A stretch of DNA of 64,000 bases from a virus (Duplodnaviria; Caudoviricetes). Shown here in pieces: positions 1-8,633 of this stretch. Numbering within the stretch: the first letter of the stretch is position 1; each line of letters begins with the position of its first letter. The position numbers were made by a program, and so were the translations under genes. Below the pieces are notes generated by a model. It was not told the DNA's origin and did no database searches. It saw nothing but the letters and a program-made list of their open reading frames with translations. The stretch is from IMG/VR virus record IMGVR_UViG_2531839010_000002, positions 1 to 64,000 of that record; one strand, 5' to 3'.

Positions 1-330
1 GTCTGCCAGGGGCATAACCGGTTCCGCGATGAAATTCTGCGGGCCAGGGAACATGGAATTGAAATCATCATTCTGTGTGAACACGGCCGGGGGATTGAAT
101 GCCTGGAGGATGTGATATGGTGGAGGAATCCCAGACGGGTAGAACGATATAAGGATCCGCATACAGGCAGATGGATGGAGCGGGAGACGAAGGCTACAAC
201 CGGGGATAAGCTTTATAAAATTCTATGCACATTTGAACGCAAGTATGGCTGCCGGTTCCTGTTCTGCGAGAAGAAGGACACTGGGAAACGGATCATAGAG
301 CTGCTGGGCGGTGATTGCCATGACCAGTGA
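1..330 (+). CDS. ERCC4-domain phage nuclease/resolvase, 3' part (5' truncated by window)
   Basis: Frame open from base 1: VCQGHNRFRDEILRAREHGIEIIILCEHG...DVIWWRNPR...ERKYGCRFLFCEK, typical of phage ERCC4 proteins. Confidence 0.75.
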   Translation, partial: VCQGHNRFRDEILRAREHGIEIIILCEHGRGIECLEDVIWWRNPRRVERYKDPHTGRWMERETKATTGDKLYKILCTFERKYGCRFLFCEKKDTGKRIIELLGGDCHDQ

Positions 331-811
331 GGAAATTAAGGCAACATACAGCATGAGGAATGTGGTGGAGCGGTATGGGTTCCAGCCCAACCGTGCCGGC
401 TTTATTAGCTGTCCCTTCCATGGCGGAGACCGGGAGCCATCACTCAAGGTATATGATCGGGACTTCCACTGCCATTCCTGCGGCAAGCATGGTGATATCT
501 TTGACTTTGTTATGATGATGGATGAGGTCTCCTTCAAAGAGGCATTCCACAGACTTGGCGGAGAATATCAGAAGCCGACATTTTCCAGCCGGCTGGCGGT
601 CTACCAGGCACGGAAGCAGCGCATTATGCGTCAAAAGGAGGCGGACCGGGAACGGGAGAAGCGCCGGCTGAACAACAGGCTCATAAGCATCTACAGGGCC
701 TATATGGAGCATTCAGAGCCGCTAAGCGATACCTGGTGTGACTGTTACAATGCCCTGCAGTACCAGCTGTATGTGCAGGCAGAGTTAAGCGGATTGGAAG
801 CGAGGTGGTAG
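320..811 (+). CDS. CHC2 zinc-finger primase-like protein
   Basis: CPFHGGDREPSLKVY...FHCHSCGKHGDIFDFV CHC2 motif. Confidence 0.9.
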   Translation: MTSEEIKATYSMRNVVERYGFQPNRAGFISCPFHGGDREPSLKVYDRDFHCHSCGKHGDIFDFVMMMDEVSFKEAFHRLGGEYQKPTFSSRLAVYQARKQRIMRQKEADREREKRRLNNRLISIYRAYMEHSEPLSDTWCDCYNALQYQLYVQAELSGLEARW

Positions 812-812
812 C

Positions 813-2693
813 ATGGTGCCGTTGAAGGAGCTGACGGCTGAAACAGTATTGTCGGATGATGTGCTGACAGAAGTGTTTGACCAGGAGGACGAGCTGTACA
901 AGTCAAGGCTGCTGCTGTCACTGGAGGACCGGGCCGGAGAGCTGGGGGTGAAAAAGAAGTTCCAGGAACTGGTCAAGGCCTATAAACGTGTGGAGCGGGA
1001 GATGCGGCGCCGGGAACGGGATAAGAAAAACCAGCCCTGCACGCTGGAGCAATGGACCAATTTTGATGGACCCTATGACCGGATGCAGTGTAAAGAGTGG
1101 ATTGCCGGCGAGGGAGGGATATTCCTTCGGAACCCCACCACGGGATACACGGACATCCTGGCCTGCTATCATCCTATCCTGCCCATTGAGCGGCTGAAGA
1201 ACCTGGAGACTGGGGAGGAGCAGATAAAGCTGGCCTACAAACGCAACGGGCGTTGGGACGAAATCATTGTGCCTAAAACCATGGTTACGTCCGCCAATAA
1301 GATAGTAAGCCTGTCTGGTCGTGGGATAGCGGTCACCAGCGAGAATGCAAAATACCTGGTGCGTTACCTGGCTGATGTAGAGAACGCCAACGAGGAGCAT
1401 ATAGCGGTTCAGTATTCCACGTCCAAGCTGGGATGGATCCGCGGTGGGTTCCTGCCCTATGACACGGACATTGTGTTCGATGGGGACGTGCGGTTCCGCC
1501 AGATAGCGGAGAGCATTGGGCCATCCGGAAGCCGTAATAAGTGGTATGAGCATGTGCTGGAGCTGCGCCGGATTGGCCGGCTGGAGGTTAAGTTTATGCT
1601 GGCGGCATCCTTTTCAAGTGTCCTGGTGCAGCTCCTGGGCGGTCTGCCGTACTTTGTGGACCTCTGGGGAGAAACGGAAGGTGGAAAGACAGTGGATCTG
1701 ATGCTGGCTGCGTCTGTCTGGGCGGATCCGGACGAGAGCGCCTATATTAAGGATTATAAGGGGACAGAGGTCGGGCTGGAAGCAATCTGCGACCTGCTGA
1801 ATAACCTGCCCCTCATTCTGGATGATACCAGCAAGAAGAACCGGAAGATAGAGGACAACTTTGAGGGGCTGGTCTATGACCTGTGCTCCGGAAAGGGCAA
1901 AACCCGCTCCAACAAGGAGCTGGGACTGAACCGGGAGAACCACTGGAAGAACTGTATTCTGACCAATGGAGAACGGCCTTTGAGCTCCTATGTGACCCAG
2001 GGTGGCGCTATCAACCGAATACTGGAAATTGAGTGCGGTCAGCGGGTTTTTGACGATCCTGGGGCCACTGCGGAGCTGGTCAAACACAATTATGGCCATG
2101 CCGGCCAGGAGTTTGTGGATGTCGTCAAAGACATTGGGGTTGAGCAGATCCGCGAAATACAGCGGGGCTTCCTGCGCCAGCTGGCAGATGATGAGAAGAT
2201 GCAGAAGCAGAGCCTGTCCCTGTCAATCATCCTGACGGCCGACAAGCTGGCCACGGACTATCTGTTCAAGGACGGGCAGTACATAAGTCTGGAGGAGGCC
2301 AGAGAGGTCCTGGTGGACCGTGATGAGCTGTCCGACAATGAGAGGTGCTACCAGTACGTGCTGGACAAGGTGGCTATGAATCCGGCCAGATTTGACGGTA
2401 AAGTGGAGAACGTGGAAAAGTGGGGCACGATTGAGAATGGATATGCCATCATCTATGCCACGGCCTTTACGGCTTTGTGCAAGGAAGGCGGGTTTTCGCG
2501 TACATCTTTCCTGTCCTGGGCGAACCGGAAGGGCATTATCCAGGTGGAAGGGAGCGGGAAACGGATGGACAAGGTGAAAAGCTTCAATGGGAATAAGATA
2601 CGGTGCATTTTTCTCAAGTTAAATGACAACACGGACAGGGATGGATTTGTGAAAATAGAGGATGACGGCCAGGAACGGCTGCCGTTCAACTGA
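813..2693 (+). CDS. DUF927-family phage replication helicase/ATPase
   Basis: 626 aa; Walker A-like GETEGGKT, Walker B LILDD, LTNGE motif; follows the CHC2 primase gene. Confidence 0.8.
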   Translation: MVPLKELTAETVLSDDVLTEVFDQEDELYKSRLLLSLEDRAGELGVKKKFQELVKAYKRVEREMRRRERDKKNQPCTLEQWTNFDGPYDRMQCKEWIAGEGGIFLRNPTTGYTDILACYHPILPIERLKNLETGEEQIKLAYKRNGRWDEIIVPKTMVTSANKIVSLSGRGIAVTSENAKYLVRYLADVENANEEHIAVQYSTSKLGWIRGGFLPYDTDIVFDGDVRFRQIAESIGPSGSRNKWYEHVLELRRIGRLEVKFMLAASFSSVLVQLLGGLPYFVDLWGETEGGKTVDLMLAASVWADPDESAYIKDYKGTEVGLEAICDLLNNLPLILDDTSKKNRKIEDNFEGLVYDLCSGKGKTRSNKELGLNRENHWKNCILTNGERPLSSYVTQGGAINRILEIECGQRVFDDPGATAELVKHNYGHAGQEFVDVVKDIGVEQIREIQRGFLRQLADDEKMQKQSLSLSIILTADKLATDYLFKDGQYISLEEAREVLVDRDELSDNERCYQYVLDKVAMNPARFDGKVENVEKWGTIENGYAIIYATAFTALCKEGGFSRTSFLSWANRKGIIQVEGSGKRMDKVKSFNGNKIRCIFLKLNDNTDRDGFVKIEDDGQERLPFN

Positions 2694-2706
2694 CAGGGAC
2701 CATGGA

Positions 2707-2997
2707 GTAACCAAGGCATGGTTACCGCAAAAAGCTAGGTTTCATGCGGGTTTGCGGGTGTTTTTAGGGGTGAGTAACCATGGAACCATCCAAAAACCCT
2801 ATCTATATACAGAAAAAATATTTTACAATCTTTGTATATATTTTAACAAAGATTTAGAAAAAATGCCTCGCGCGTAAGGGAACCTAAAAACATGGTTACT
2901 TTGGTTGCCGTGGCTGACAAAGCCTTATTTTATGAGGGTTTGAGCGGTATCCAATGAGTATAAAAAGATGGTTACTGTAACCATGAAAAGTGGTTAC
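2707..2997. repeat. Cluster of GTAACCA/TGGTTAC heptamers around an AT-rich tract; putative phage replication origin
   Basis: Copies at 2707, 2719, 2774, 2893, 2902 (TGGTTGC), 2969, 2977 and 2991; AT-rich 2790-2860; directly after the primase/helicase genes. Confidence 0.65.
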
Positions 2998-3540
2998 TTG
3001 GAGGAAATCATGACGGACGAAGTAAGAGAATATGCCGAAAGGAAGATATGGGAGAGCGGAATACGAATGGTTCCGGGGCATTATCCAGAATTTGAAAACA
3101 AAGAGCAGGTGGATGACTGGCTGTATATCTCAGAATACATGTTCATAAAATCATTCGGTCAGGAAATGCCAGAGATTATCAGTGTTGATATCCAAGGATA
3201 TAAAGACCTGCTGTGGAAACTTAAAAAGAATGAGGATAATGTTCCACTGGAAATCCTCCGGACAAAACACAGAATGGCATACAACAACCTTCGGCAGGAA
3301 CTAAAGGACATGACGGAAGCAATCATTCATGAAGTAGTGCATAGAAACCTGTATATAAAATGGTCAGACGCAGAGCATAGCCTGCAGAAAATCAACCAGG
3401 CTGTAGCGGATTCGGGGATGTGCGAATTAATCAGCAAAGCCTTGTATCAGGAAAAGTGCTATGGCAGCGTCATAGCAGGCATTATGAAATTAAGAAAACT
3501 TGTTTTAGAAGCCGCAGAAGAGGAGGACAAAGGTGCCTAG
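2968..3540 (+). CDS. Hypothetical phage protein
   Basis: 190-aa ORF in operon orientation. Confidence 0.6.
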   Translation: MVTVTMKSGYLEEIMTDEVREYAERKIWESGIRMVPGHYPEFENKEQVDDWLYISEYMFIKSFGQEMPEIISVDIQGYKDLLWKLKKNEDNVPLEILRTKHRMAYNNLRQELKDMTEAIIHEVVHRNLYIKWSDAEHSLQKINQAVADSGMCELISKALYQEKCYGSVIAGIMKLRKLVLEAAEEEDKGA

Positions 3541-3706
3541 AGGGAAAGAAAAGAAAACAACTGAAAAACCCAAGGTCTATATCTGCAGCCAGTGCGGACA
3601 GGAGATAAGCGGGGATCATGTGTATATCAAGACAAGGCGGCGGACGGAGCTCCACATTCATTTCGGATGCATGCCGGTGGGAAGGAGAGAACAGGATGAA
3701 AGTTAG
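3533..3706 (+). CDS. Small zinc-binding protein (57 aa, CxxC...HxxC), absent from the ORF track
   Basis: AGGAGG SD at 3521, GTG start, MPRGKEKKTTEKPKVYICSQCGQEISGDHVYIKTRRRTELHIHFGC...; overlaps both neighbours. Confidence 0.7.
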   Translation: MPRGKEKKTTEKPKVYICSQCGQEISGDHVYIKTRRRTELHIHFGCMPVGRREQDES

Positions 3707-4244
3707 GATATCAATGCCAGGAGCATATATGGTGATGGACATGGAGGAGGGCCAGGCGCGGACGGCGTTCCACAAATTGGCAGAATCACTGTGGCTGATT
3801 GGAAGCAGGGGACAGAAGCTGCAGGAAGGCGTGGCTGTGGCACCGGTTCAGGAATCGACAGAAACAGTCTATCCAGGTCAGGAAAGACAGGAGGCTGAGA
3901 CGGTGGTGGAAGCAGCAGAGATTCCGGAAAAGGAAGGCGGAGAACCGGCGCCTAACATCATCTCCGCAGGGTATGGCGGGTATCTGTACATGAAATGCCC
4001 TGCCTGTGGAAAGACCAGGGGATTCTGTGCCAAGACACGGCTGAATCATTACCGGTGTGAATGCGGGGCCGTGACAAGGATGGAGCGTATGGTTCCGCTG
4101 TACATGAAATGTGAATGCGGCAGGCAGGCCAGGTATCTGACCAACATGACAGAGACTGAATTTGACGTGGACTGCTATGACTGCGGGGCGCCGGTGGCTG
4201 TTGCGTGGAATGAGAAGAAGTGGATATATGAGACGATGAAGTAG
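3696..4244 (+). CDS. Cys-rich zinc-ribbon phage protein
   Basis: CPACG, CECG x2, CYDCG motifs; ATG at 3696 after GGAGA. Confidence 0.75.
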   Translation: MKVRISMPGAYMVMDMEEGQARTAFHKLAESLWLIGSRGQKLQEGVAVAPVQESTETVYPGQERQEAETVVEAAEIPEKEGGEPAPNIISAGYGGYLYMKCPACGKTRGFCAKTRLNHYRCECGAVTRMERMVPLYMKCECGRQARYLTNMTETEFDVDCYDCGAPVAVAWNEKKWIYETMK

Positions 4245-4254
4245 GAGGGCCACG

Positions 4255-6271
4255 ATGAATGAAGTAATGCAGTGGTATGAACGTGACATGACCCTGGCAC
4301 AGGCCATGGATGGTATAGAAACCAATATGTGGGCCTCAGTCAGGAATTACATAGCGGTTGGTTGGGTTTTATCTTAAGGCCATCCGAGACAGAAAACTCT
4401 TCCAGGAGGCTGGATATCAGAATTTTGAGGAATTCGTCCGTGACAAATATGACCGGGATAAGGGATGGGCCAGCCGGTGCATCAAGGTCAATGATCAGTT
4501 GAGTAAGGACGGGAACAGCCCGGTGCTGGCGGAAGAGTATAGGGAGTATAAAATTTCCCAGCTGGTGGAGCTGGCTTACCTGACGGAAGAACAGCGGACC
4601 CTGGTTAATCCGGATATGACAGTGAAGCAGCTGCAGGCTATCCGGAAGCCGGAACCTCAGCTGGAAAAAGAAGTTGTGACATTACAACCAGAGCTGAAGG
4701 AACATGAGGGAGAGCTGAGCGGGAAAGTTGTAACATCGCAACTGGATGAAGGAGCTGAAAGAGAGCCGGAGGTAATACATTTCACTGCTGGAAACAGGAC
4801 GATAGACAATGCGTATGGTGCCGCCCTTGCCGTGGTTGTAGGAGCATACCTGGATGCCGGATATGCCAGGCCCGAAAAAGAGTGTGAAGTTACTGCTTTT
4901 GGACTATCATACAAAGTTCTTAAACGGCAGGACGTTACAGTTTTTTACACGGATTCGGGACGGACCGTATTCGACGTAGAAAATACCCGTCTGGAGGAAG
5001 AATACCAATTCCGACACAGAGTAAAGACGGAGCCGGAACTTGTGACGCCACAAGTTGAACCGGAGCCTGAGCCGGAACTACCAAAGTCAGAACAGGCTCA
5101 TCCAGAGAAGTCCGGGAAGTGCATCCACCGGCCGGAATTTGACTGCACCCTGGAGGAGGCCCATAAGCTCATCCCGGGAACCGGGGAGGACTGCAGCCGG
5201 GTGTGCTGCTGGGAATGCGTCAGGCGCGGTGACTGTGAGTTGGAATGTTATAGTTCGCAGCGGCGCCCGGAGCATCTGGAAACCCCAAAGGCAGAGCCGG
5301 ATTGTCCGCTACTGGAAGCCGCAGATGTGCAACAGGGGAAAACAGCCATCCCTTCCCAGGAGGAATGTGTTCTGGACTTCTATCAGCATCACATGTCCAA
5401 GCCGTGTGCGCAGGCCGTCAATGACGGGAACGTGAAACTGCTGAGGCAGGAGCTGATAATCAATTACGGAGAACCCCATGACAGCGGGTCAACGGAGTAC
5501 GGCTTTTATCAATGCGGCCCGGAACGGATTCATTTCCAGGATAATATGTGCGAGACATTTCTGAGCTTGACCTGGAGCAAGTACGTAAAGGAATTACTCA
5601 GCCTCTTGGGAAGCGCTGAGGATGAGGCATCAGAACATGAAGACGATGTTCCTGGCATGCCGGAATCCCAGGATACCGTGATTGATGGTGAATTCACGGA
5701 GATTTCAGAAACGGAGGATGACATCCGGGCCCCGGAGGAACCCATGACCGAGCTGCAGATTGCCCAGGATGAGCTGGAACGTGCGAAAAACCTGCTTAAG
5801 GCAGGACTGGAATGTGGGGTAGACGAAAATGACATCTATATCCGCCGGCTGAAACTAAAGGTTTGTGCCCTGGCCAGCTATGTATGCGATTTGGATGACA
5901 TCGTGAATCCGCCGCCGAGGCCAGAGCAGCCGGAACTGCCAGTGCTAAAGAACAATGACCAACGGGCTGCCTTCGTGGATGCATATGAGACGTGGCCGTT
6001 ATGGATTGAGACGAAACAGACCGGGGAACGGTACTATCGGTATGACCTGGAGGACGGCACCAGCATGGTGGTCAAGGTGTATCACGCAAGGATATTCGAT
6101 GGATATGCGTCAGGAAGCTATGAGGCCCAATATCATGATGGTTACGGCCGGCATGAGTACTATCTGCTGCGGGATGGGAAGTTCTTCCGGGATTGCGATA
6201 TGAACCGGTCGTTGCTGATTGAGAAACTGAAAGAAATTCAGAAGGTGAAAAAAGGCTGTAACCAGAATTAG
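4255..6271 (+). pseudogene. Large phage protein gene frameshifted near its 5' end by a 4-bp GTTG duplication
   Basis: AGGAGG + ATG 4255 reads ...RNYIAV, then GTTG GTTG (4357-4364) shifts to a stop at 4375; removing one GTTG restores ...YIAVGFYLKAIRD and joins the 4358-6271 ORF. Confidence 0.75.
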
Positions 6272-6303
6272 GATTTCTGGGAGAACCGGAGAAAGGAGCC
6301 TGG

Positions 6304-6663
6304 ATGGAAAGAGATTTTGAAAAAGACATCATAGAGCTGGATGCTGCAATAAAGTCCAACGCGGAACGGGATAATACTTTTACGTTGTCGGTACTGCAAC
6401 GGGTGAAGGCAATCATGCTGCAACAGAAAGAAAAGCTGAAAGCCTATGAGGATACCGGCCTGACGCCAGGAGAAGTCCAGTATTTAAAAGACAAAAGCGA
6501 GCCGAGAATGGTGGTGTGGACACCAGCATATCAATCATATTATTCAGCTGGTGATGAAGCAGAGTGCCTCTGTCCGGTATGTGATTCAGATGTGGTTGAG
6601 GATGATGATTATTTCTGTCCAACTTGCGGCCAGGCATTGAAATATCATGATGAACCAAACTGA
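6304..6663 (+). CDS. Hypothetical protein with C-terminal CxxC...CxxC zinc ribbon
   Basis: CPVCD...CPTCGQ; SD AAGGAG. Confidence 0.75.
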   Translation: MERDFEKDIIELDAAIKSNAERDNTFTLSVLQRVKAIMLQQKEKLKAYEDTGLTPGEVQYLKDKSEPRMVVWTPAYQSYYSAGDEAECLCPVCDSDVVEDDDYFCPTCGQALKYHDEPN

Positions 6664-6832
6664 AACTTTGATACGAAAGGAGAATCAGGAGATGTGCAAG
6701 GAGTGTATTAAAAAGGTACTTGAATGGTACAGCTTTGGCATCATCGTAGGAGCAGGATTTTATATAGGACTGAATCTTGCAGTACAGCTCCTAAAGGTGG
6801 TAACAGACGTAATGAGGCAGTGGTGTCTATGA
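6647..6832 (+). CDS. Small membrane protein
   Basis: Hydrophobic stretch FGIIVGAGFYIGLNLAVQLL; overlaps neighbours. Confidence 0.55.
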   Translation: MMNQTETLIRKENQEMCKECIKKVLEWYSFGIIVGAGFYIGLNLAVQLLKVVTDVMRQWCL

Positions 6833-7059
6833 GAAAGAAAGACAGTAAGCAGTCCAAGGTCAGCCGCATCGACCACAGCAAGGCTCTGGCCGCCCAAACG
6901 GACGAGGCAATCAAGGAGCGCATACGGACGGCGCCGGCCTACATGTACACCAGCCTGTGCCCGGTTCCGGAGCTGCGGGAGCCGCCCGTGAGGGTACAGC
7001 TGGCAAGGCTGCGGATGTGGTATAAAAGAGAGTTTGGAGGTGGAGCCAATAATATTTGA
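6829..7059 (+). CDS. Hypothetical phage protein
   Basis: ATG 6829 overlapping the previous stop; MRKKDSKQSKVSRIDHSKALAAQTDEAIKERIR... Confidence 0.6.
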   Translation: MRKKDSKQSKVSRIDHSKALAAQTDEAIKERIRTAPAYMYTSLCPVPELREPPVRVQLARLRMWYKREFGGGANNI

Positions 7060-7185
7060 AATAATTAGAACCACTGTATTGTTGGGGAATCTTCTGATGG
7101 CATGGTACTATTGTCGAAAGAAAGATGTCTGTGCAGTTATCTTTTACTGTACTCTGGTGGGAATACTGACGGGGAGGTGATTCCG

Positions 7186-7629
7186 ATGGACAAGGATATG
7201 CCGATGGACAAGGATATTTTGAGCCAATACATAGACGCCTGCGAGCTGATAAAGGAAACTGAGGAAGATATACGGAGGGTTAAGCGGCAGCGTAAGACTA
7301 TTTTACAGGACAGAGTTCATGGGTCCATGAAAGAGTTCCCTTATACGGCCCAGAGCTTTAAGATTCAGGGGATGGCCTATTCGGTTGTGAGCGAGCCAGG
7401 AGCACTGGAGACCTATGAGCATCTGTTAGAGGAGCGAAAAGCGGATGCGGAAAGAATCAAGGTTCGGGTGGAGACTTGGATGAATGCAATACCTCAGAGG
7501 ATGCAGCGGATTATTAGATATGCGATATTTCAGAAGATGTCCTGGAGTGAAGTTGCGATTAAATTGGGAAGAAAGGCCACAGCGGACAGCGTGAGAATGG
7601 AATTTCAGCGATTTATGGAAGAAAAGTAA
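7186..7629 (+). CDS. ArpU/RinA-like (sigma70 region-4 HTH) late transcription activator
   Basis: C-terminal ...IIRYAIFQKMSWSEVAIKLG... HTH; last gene before the packaging module; SD GGAGGTG. Confidence 0.8.
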   Translation: MDKDMPMDKDILSQYIDACELIKETEEDIRRVKRQRKTILQDRVHGSMKEFPYTAQSFKIQGMAYSVVSEPGALETYEHLLEERKADAERIKVRVETWMNAIPQRMQRIIRYAIFQKMSWSEVAIKLGRKATADSVRMEFQRFMEEK

Positions 7630-7633
7630 TGTT

Positions 7634-7675
7634 TGTTCGTTTTGTTCGCACTGTTCGTTTTCAAAATGTTATAGT
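7634..7675 (+). promoter_or_regulatory. Putative late promoter: three TGTTCG direct repeats (9-bp period) plus extended -10 TGtTATAGT
   Basis: TGTTCG at 7634, 7643, 7652; TG at 7667, TATAGT at 7670-7675; directly after the activator gene. Confidence 0.65.
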
Positions 7676-7897
7676 ATAGGCTGGAAGTGGTGTAAGAGCC
7701 GTTTCCTCCTCCCACATTGATTAACGGCCGCCAGGTGCCATACCCTGGTGGCTAATTAGAAGCTGACGTTCTCCTGTCTCTTCATAGCTTCGCAAATCGG
7801 ATAGAGAGCAGCTCCCAGTTGATACCATACTGGTGCAAGGTATCCGTAAGCCAACCGCGGTGTGAGTTGGAACATACCGGTGACGAGCCGGTATTGA

Positions 7898-7971
7898 TGC
7901 GGGGTAGAGCAGTCTGGCAGCTCGCCGGGCCCATAACCCGGAGGTCGCAGGTTCAAATCCTGCCCCCGCTA
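7898..7971 (+). tRNA. tRNA-Met(CAU), initiator-type; CCA not encoded
   Basis: Cloverleaf: acceptor GCGGGG/CCCCGC with 1:72 mismatch, D arm AGCAGTCTGGCAGCT, anticodon stem CCGGG/CCCGG (three G-C pairs), loop CCCATAA, T arm GCAGG-TTCAAAT-CCTGC. Confidence 0.92.
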
Positions 7972-8010
7972 TTCGGACAGATACATTTGACATTGATTTT
8001 CCCCTTAAGG

Positions 8011-8037
8011 GCCTCCGCCGAGATGTGGAGGCTTTTT
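8011..8037 (+). terminator. Intrinsic terminator-like hairpin between tRNA and terS
   Basis: GCCTCCGC-cgagat-GTGGAGGC followed by TTTTT. Confidence 0.65.
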
Positions 8038-8063
8038 CCTGCGCAGAAAGAAGGTGAGCCTGA

Positions 8064-8633
8064 TTGACGAAGAAACAGAAGCGATTTTGTGAGGAATACT
8101 TGATTGGCCTGAATGCCACCAGGGCTTACAAGGTTGCGTATCCGAGCTGCAAGAAGGATGAGGCTGCGGCGGTCAACGGTAGTAAGCTGCTAAGAAATAC
8201 TAAGGTTGCGGAATATATCCAGGAGCGCATGAAGGACCGGGAAAAGCGTACTGAGATTACCCAAGATTGGGTGCTGGAGGAGCTGCGGAAGATTGCCAGT
8301 GCAAACGGCACCGATTTTGCACATGTTGTGCGGGAGCCGGTTATCCGGAACAACTCTTATGTGGTGGATCCAGATACCGGTCAGATGCAGACAAGGGATG
8401 TGGTTCGAATAATCCCGACTGAAGAACTGCCAGAGGAGAAGCGGGCGGCTATCTCCGCAATCAAAGAAACTAAGTTTGGGATAAACGTGGAAACCTATGA
8501 CAGGGTAAGAGCCCTGGAGCTCCTGGGGCGCCATCTGGGGATGTTTAAGGATAAGGTGGAGCTGTCCGGCGGCTTGGATACCGAAAAGACCAAGCTTGAC
8601 GACCTGCTCCAGCAGATGCGTGGTGGTGGGTAA
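8064..8633 (+). CDS. terS: Terminase small subunit
   Basis: TTG start after AAGGTGA; KQKRFCEEYLIGLNATRAY...KVRALELLGRHLGMF motifs. Confidence 0.93.
   Translation: MTKKQKRFCEEYLIGLNATRAYKVAYPSCKKDEAAAVNGSKLLRNTKVAEYIQERMKDREKRTEITQDWVLEELRKIASANGTDFAHVVREPVIRNNSYVVDPDTGQMQTRDVVRIIPTEELPEEKRAAISAIKETKFGINVETYDRVRALELLGRHLGMFKDKVELSGGLDTEKTKLDDLLQQMRGGG

Noticed and set aside
7800-7850. Twister-sister or HDV/theta ribozyme near the tRNA (CTGGTGCAAG; CCTCCTCCC)
   Set aside because: Only short motif resemblances; the required flanking stems and pseudoknot order could not be built by eye
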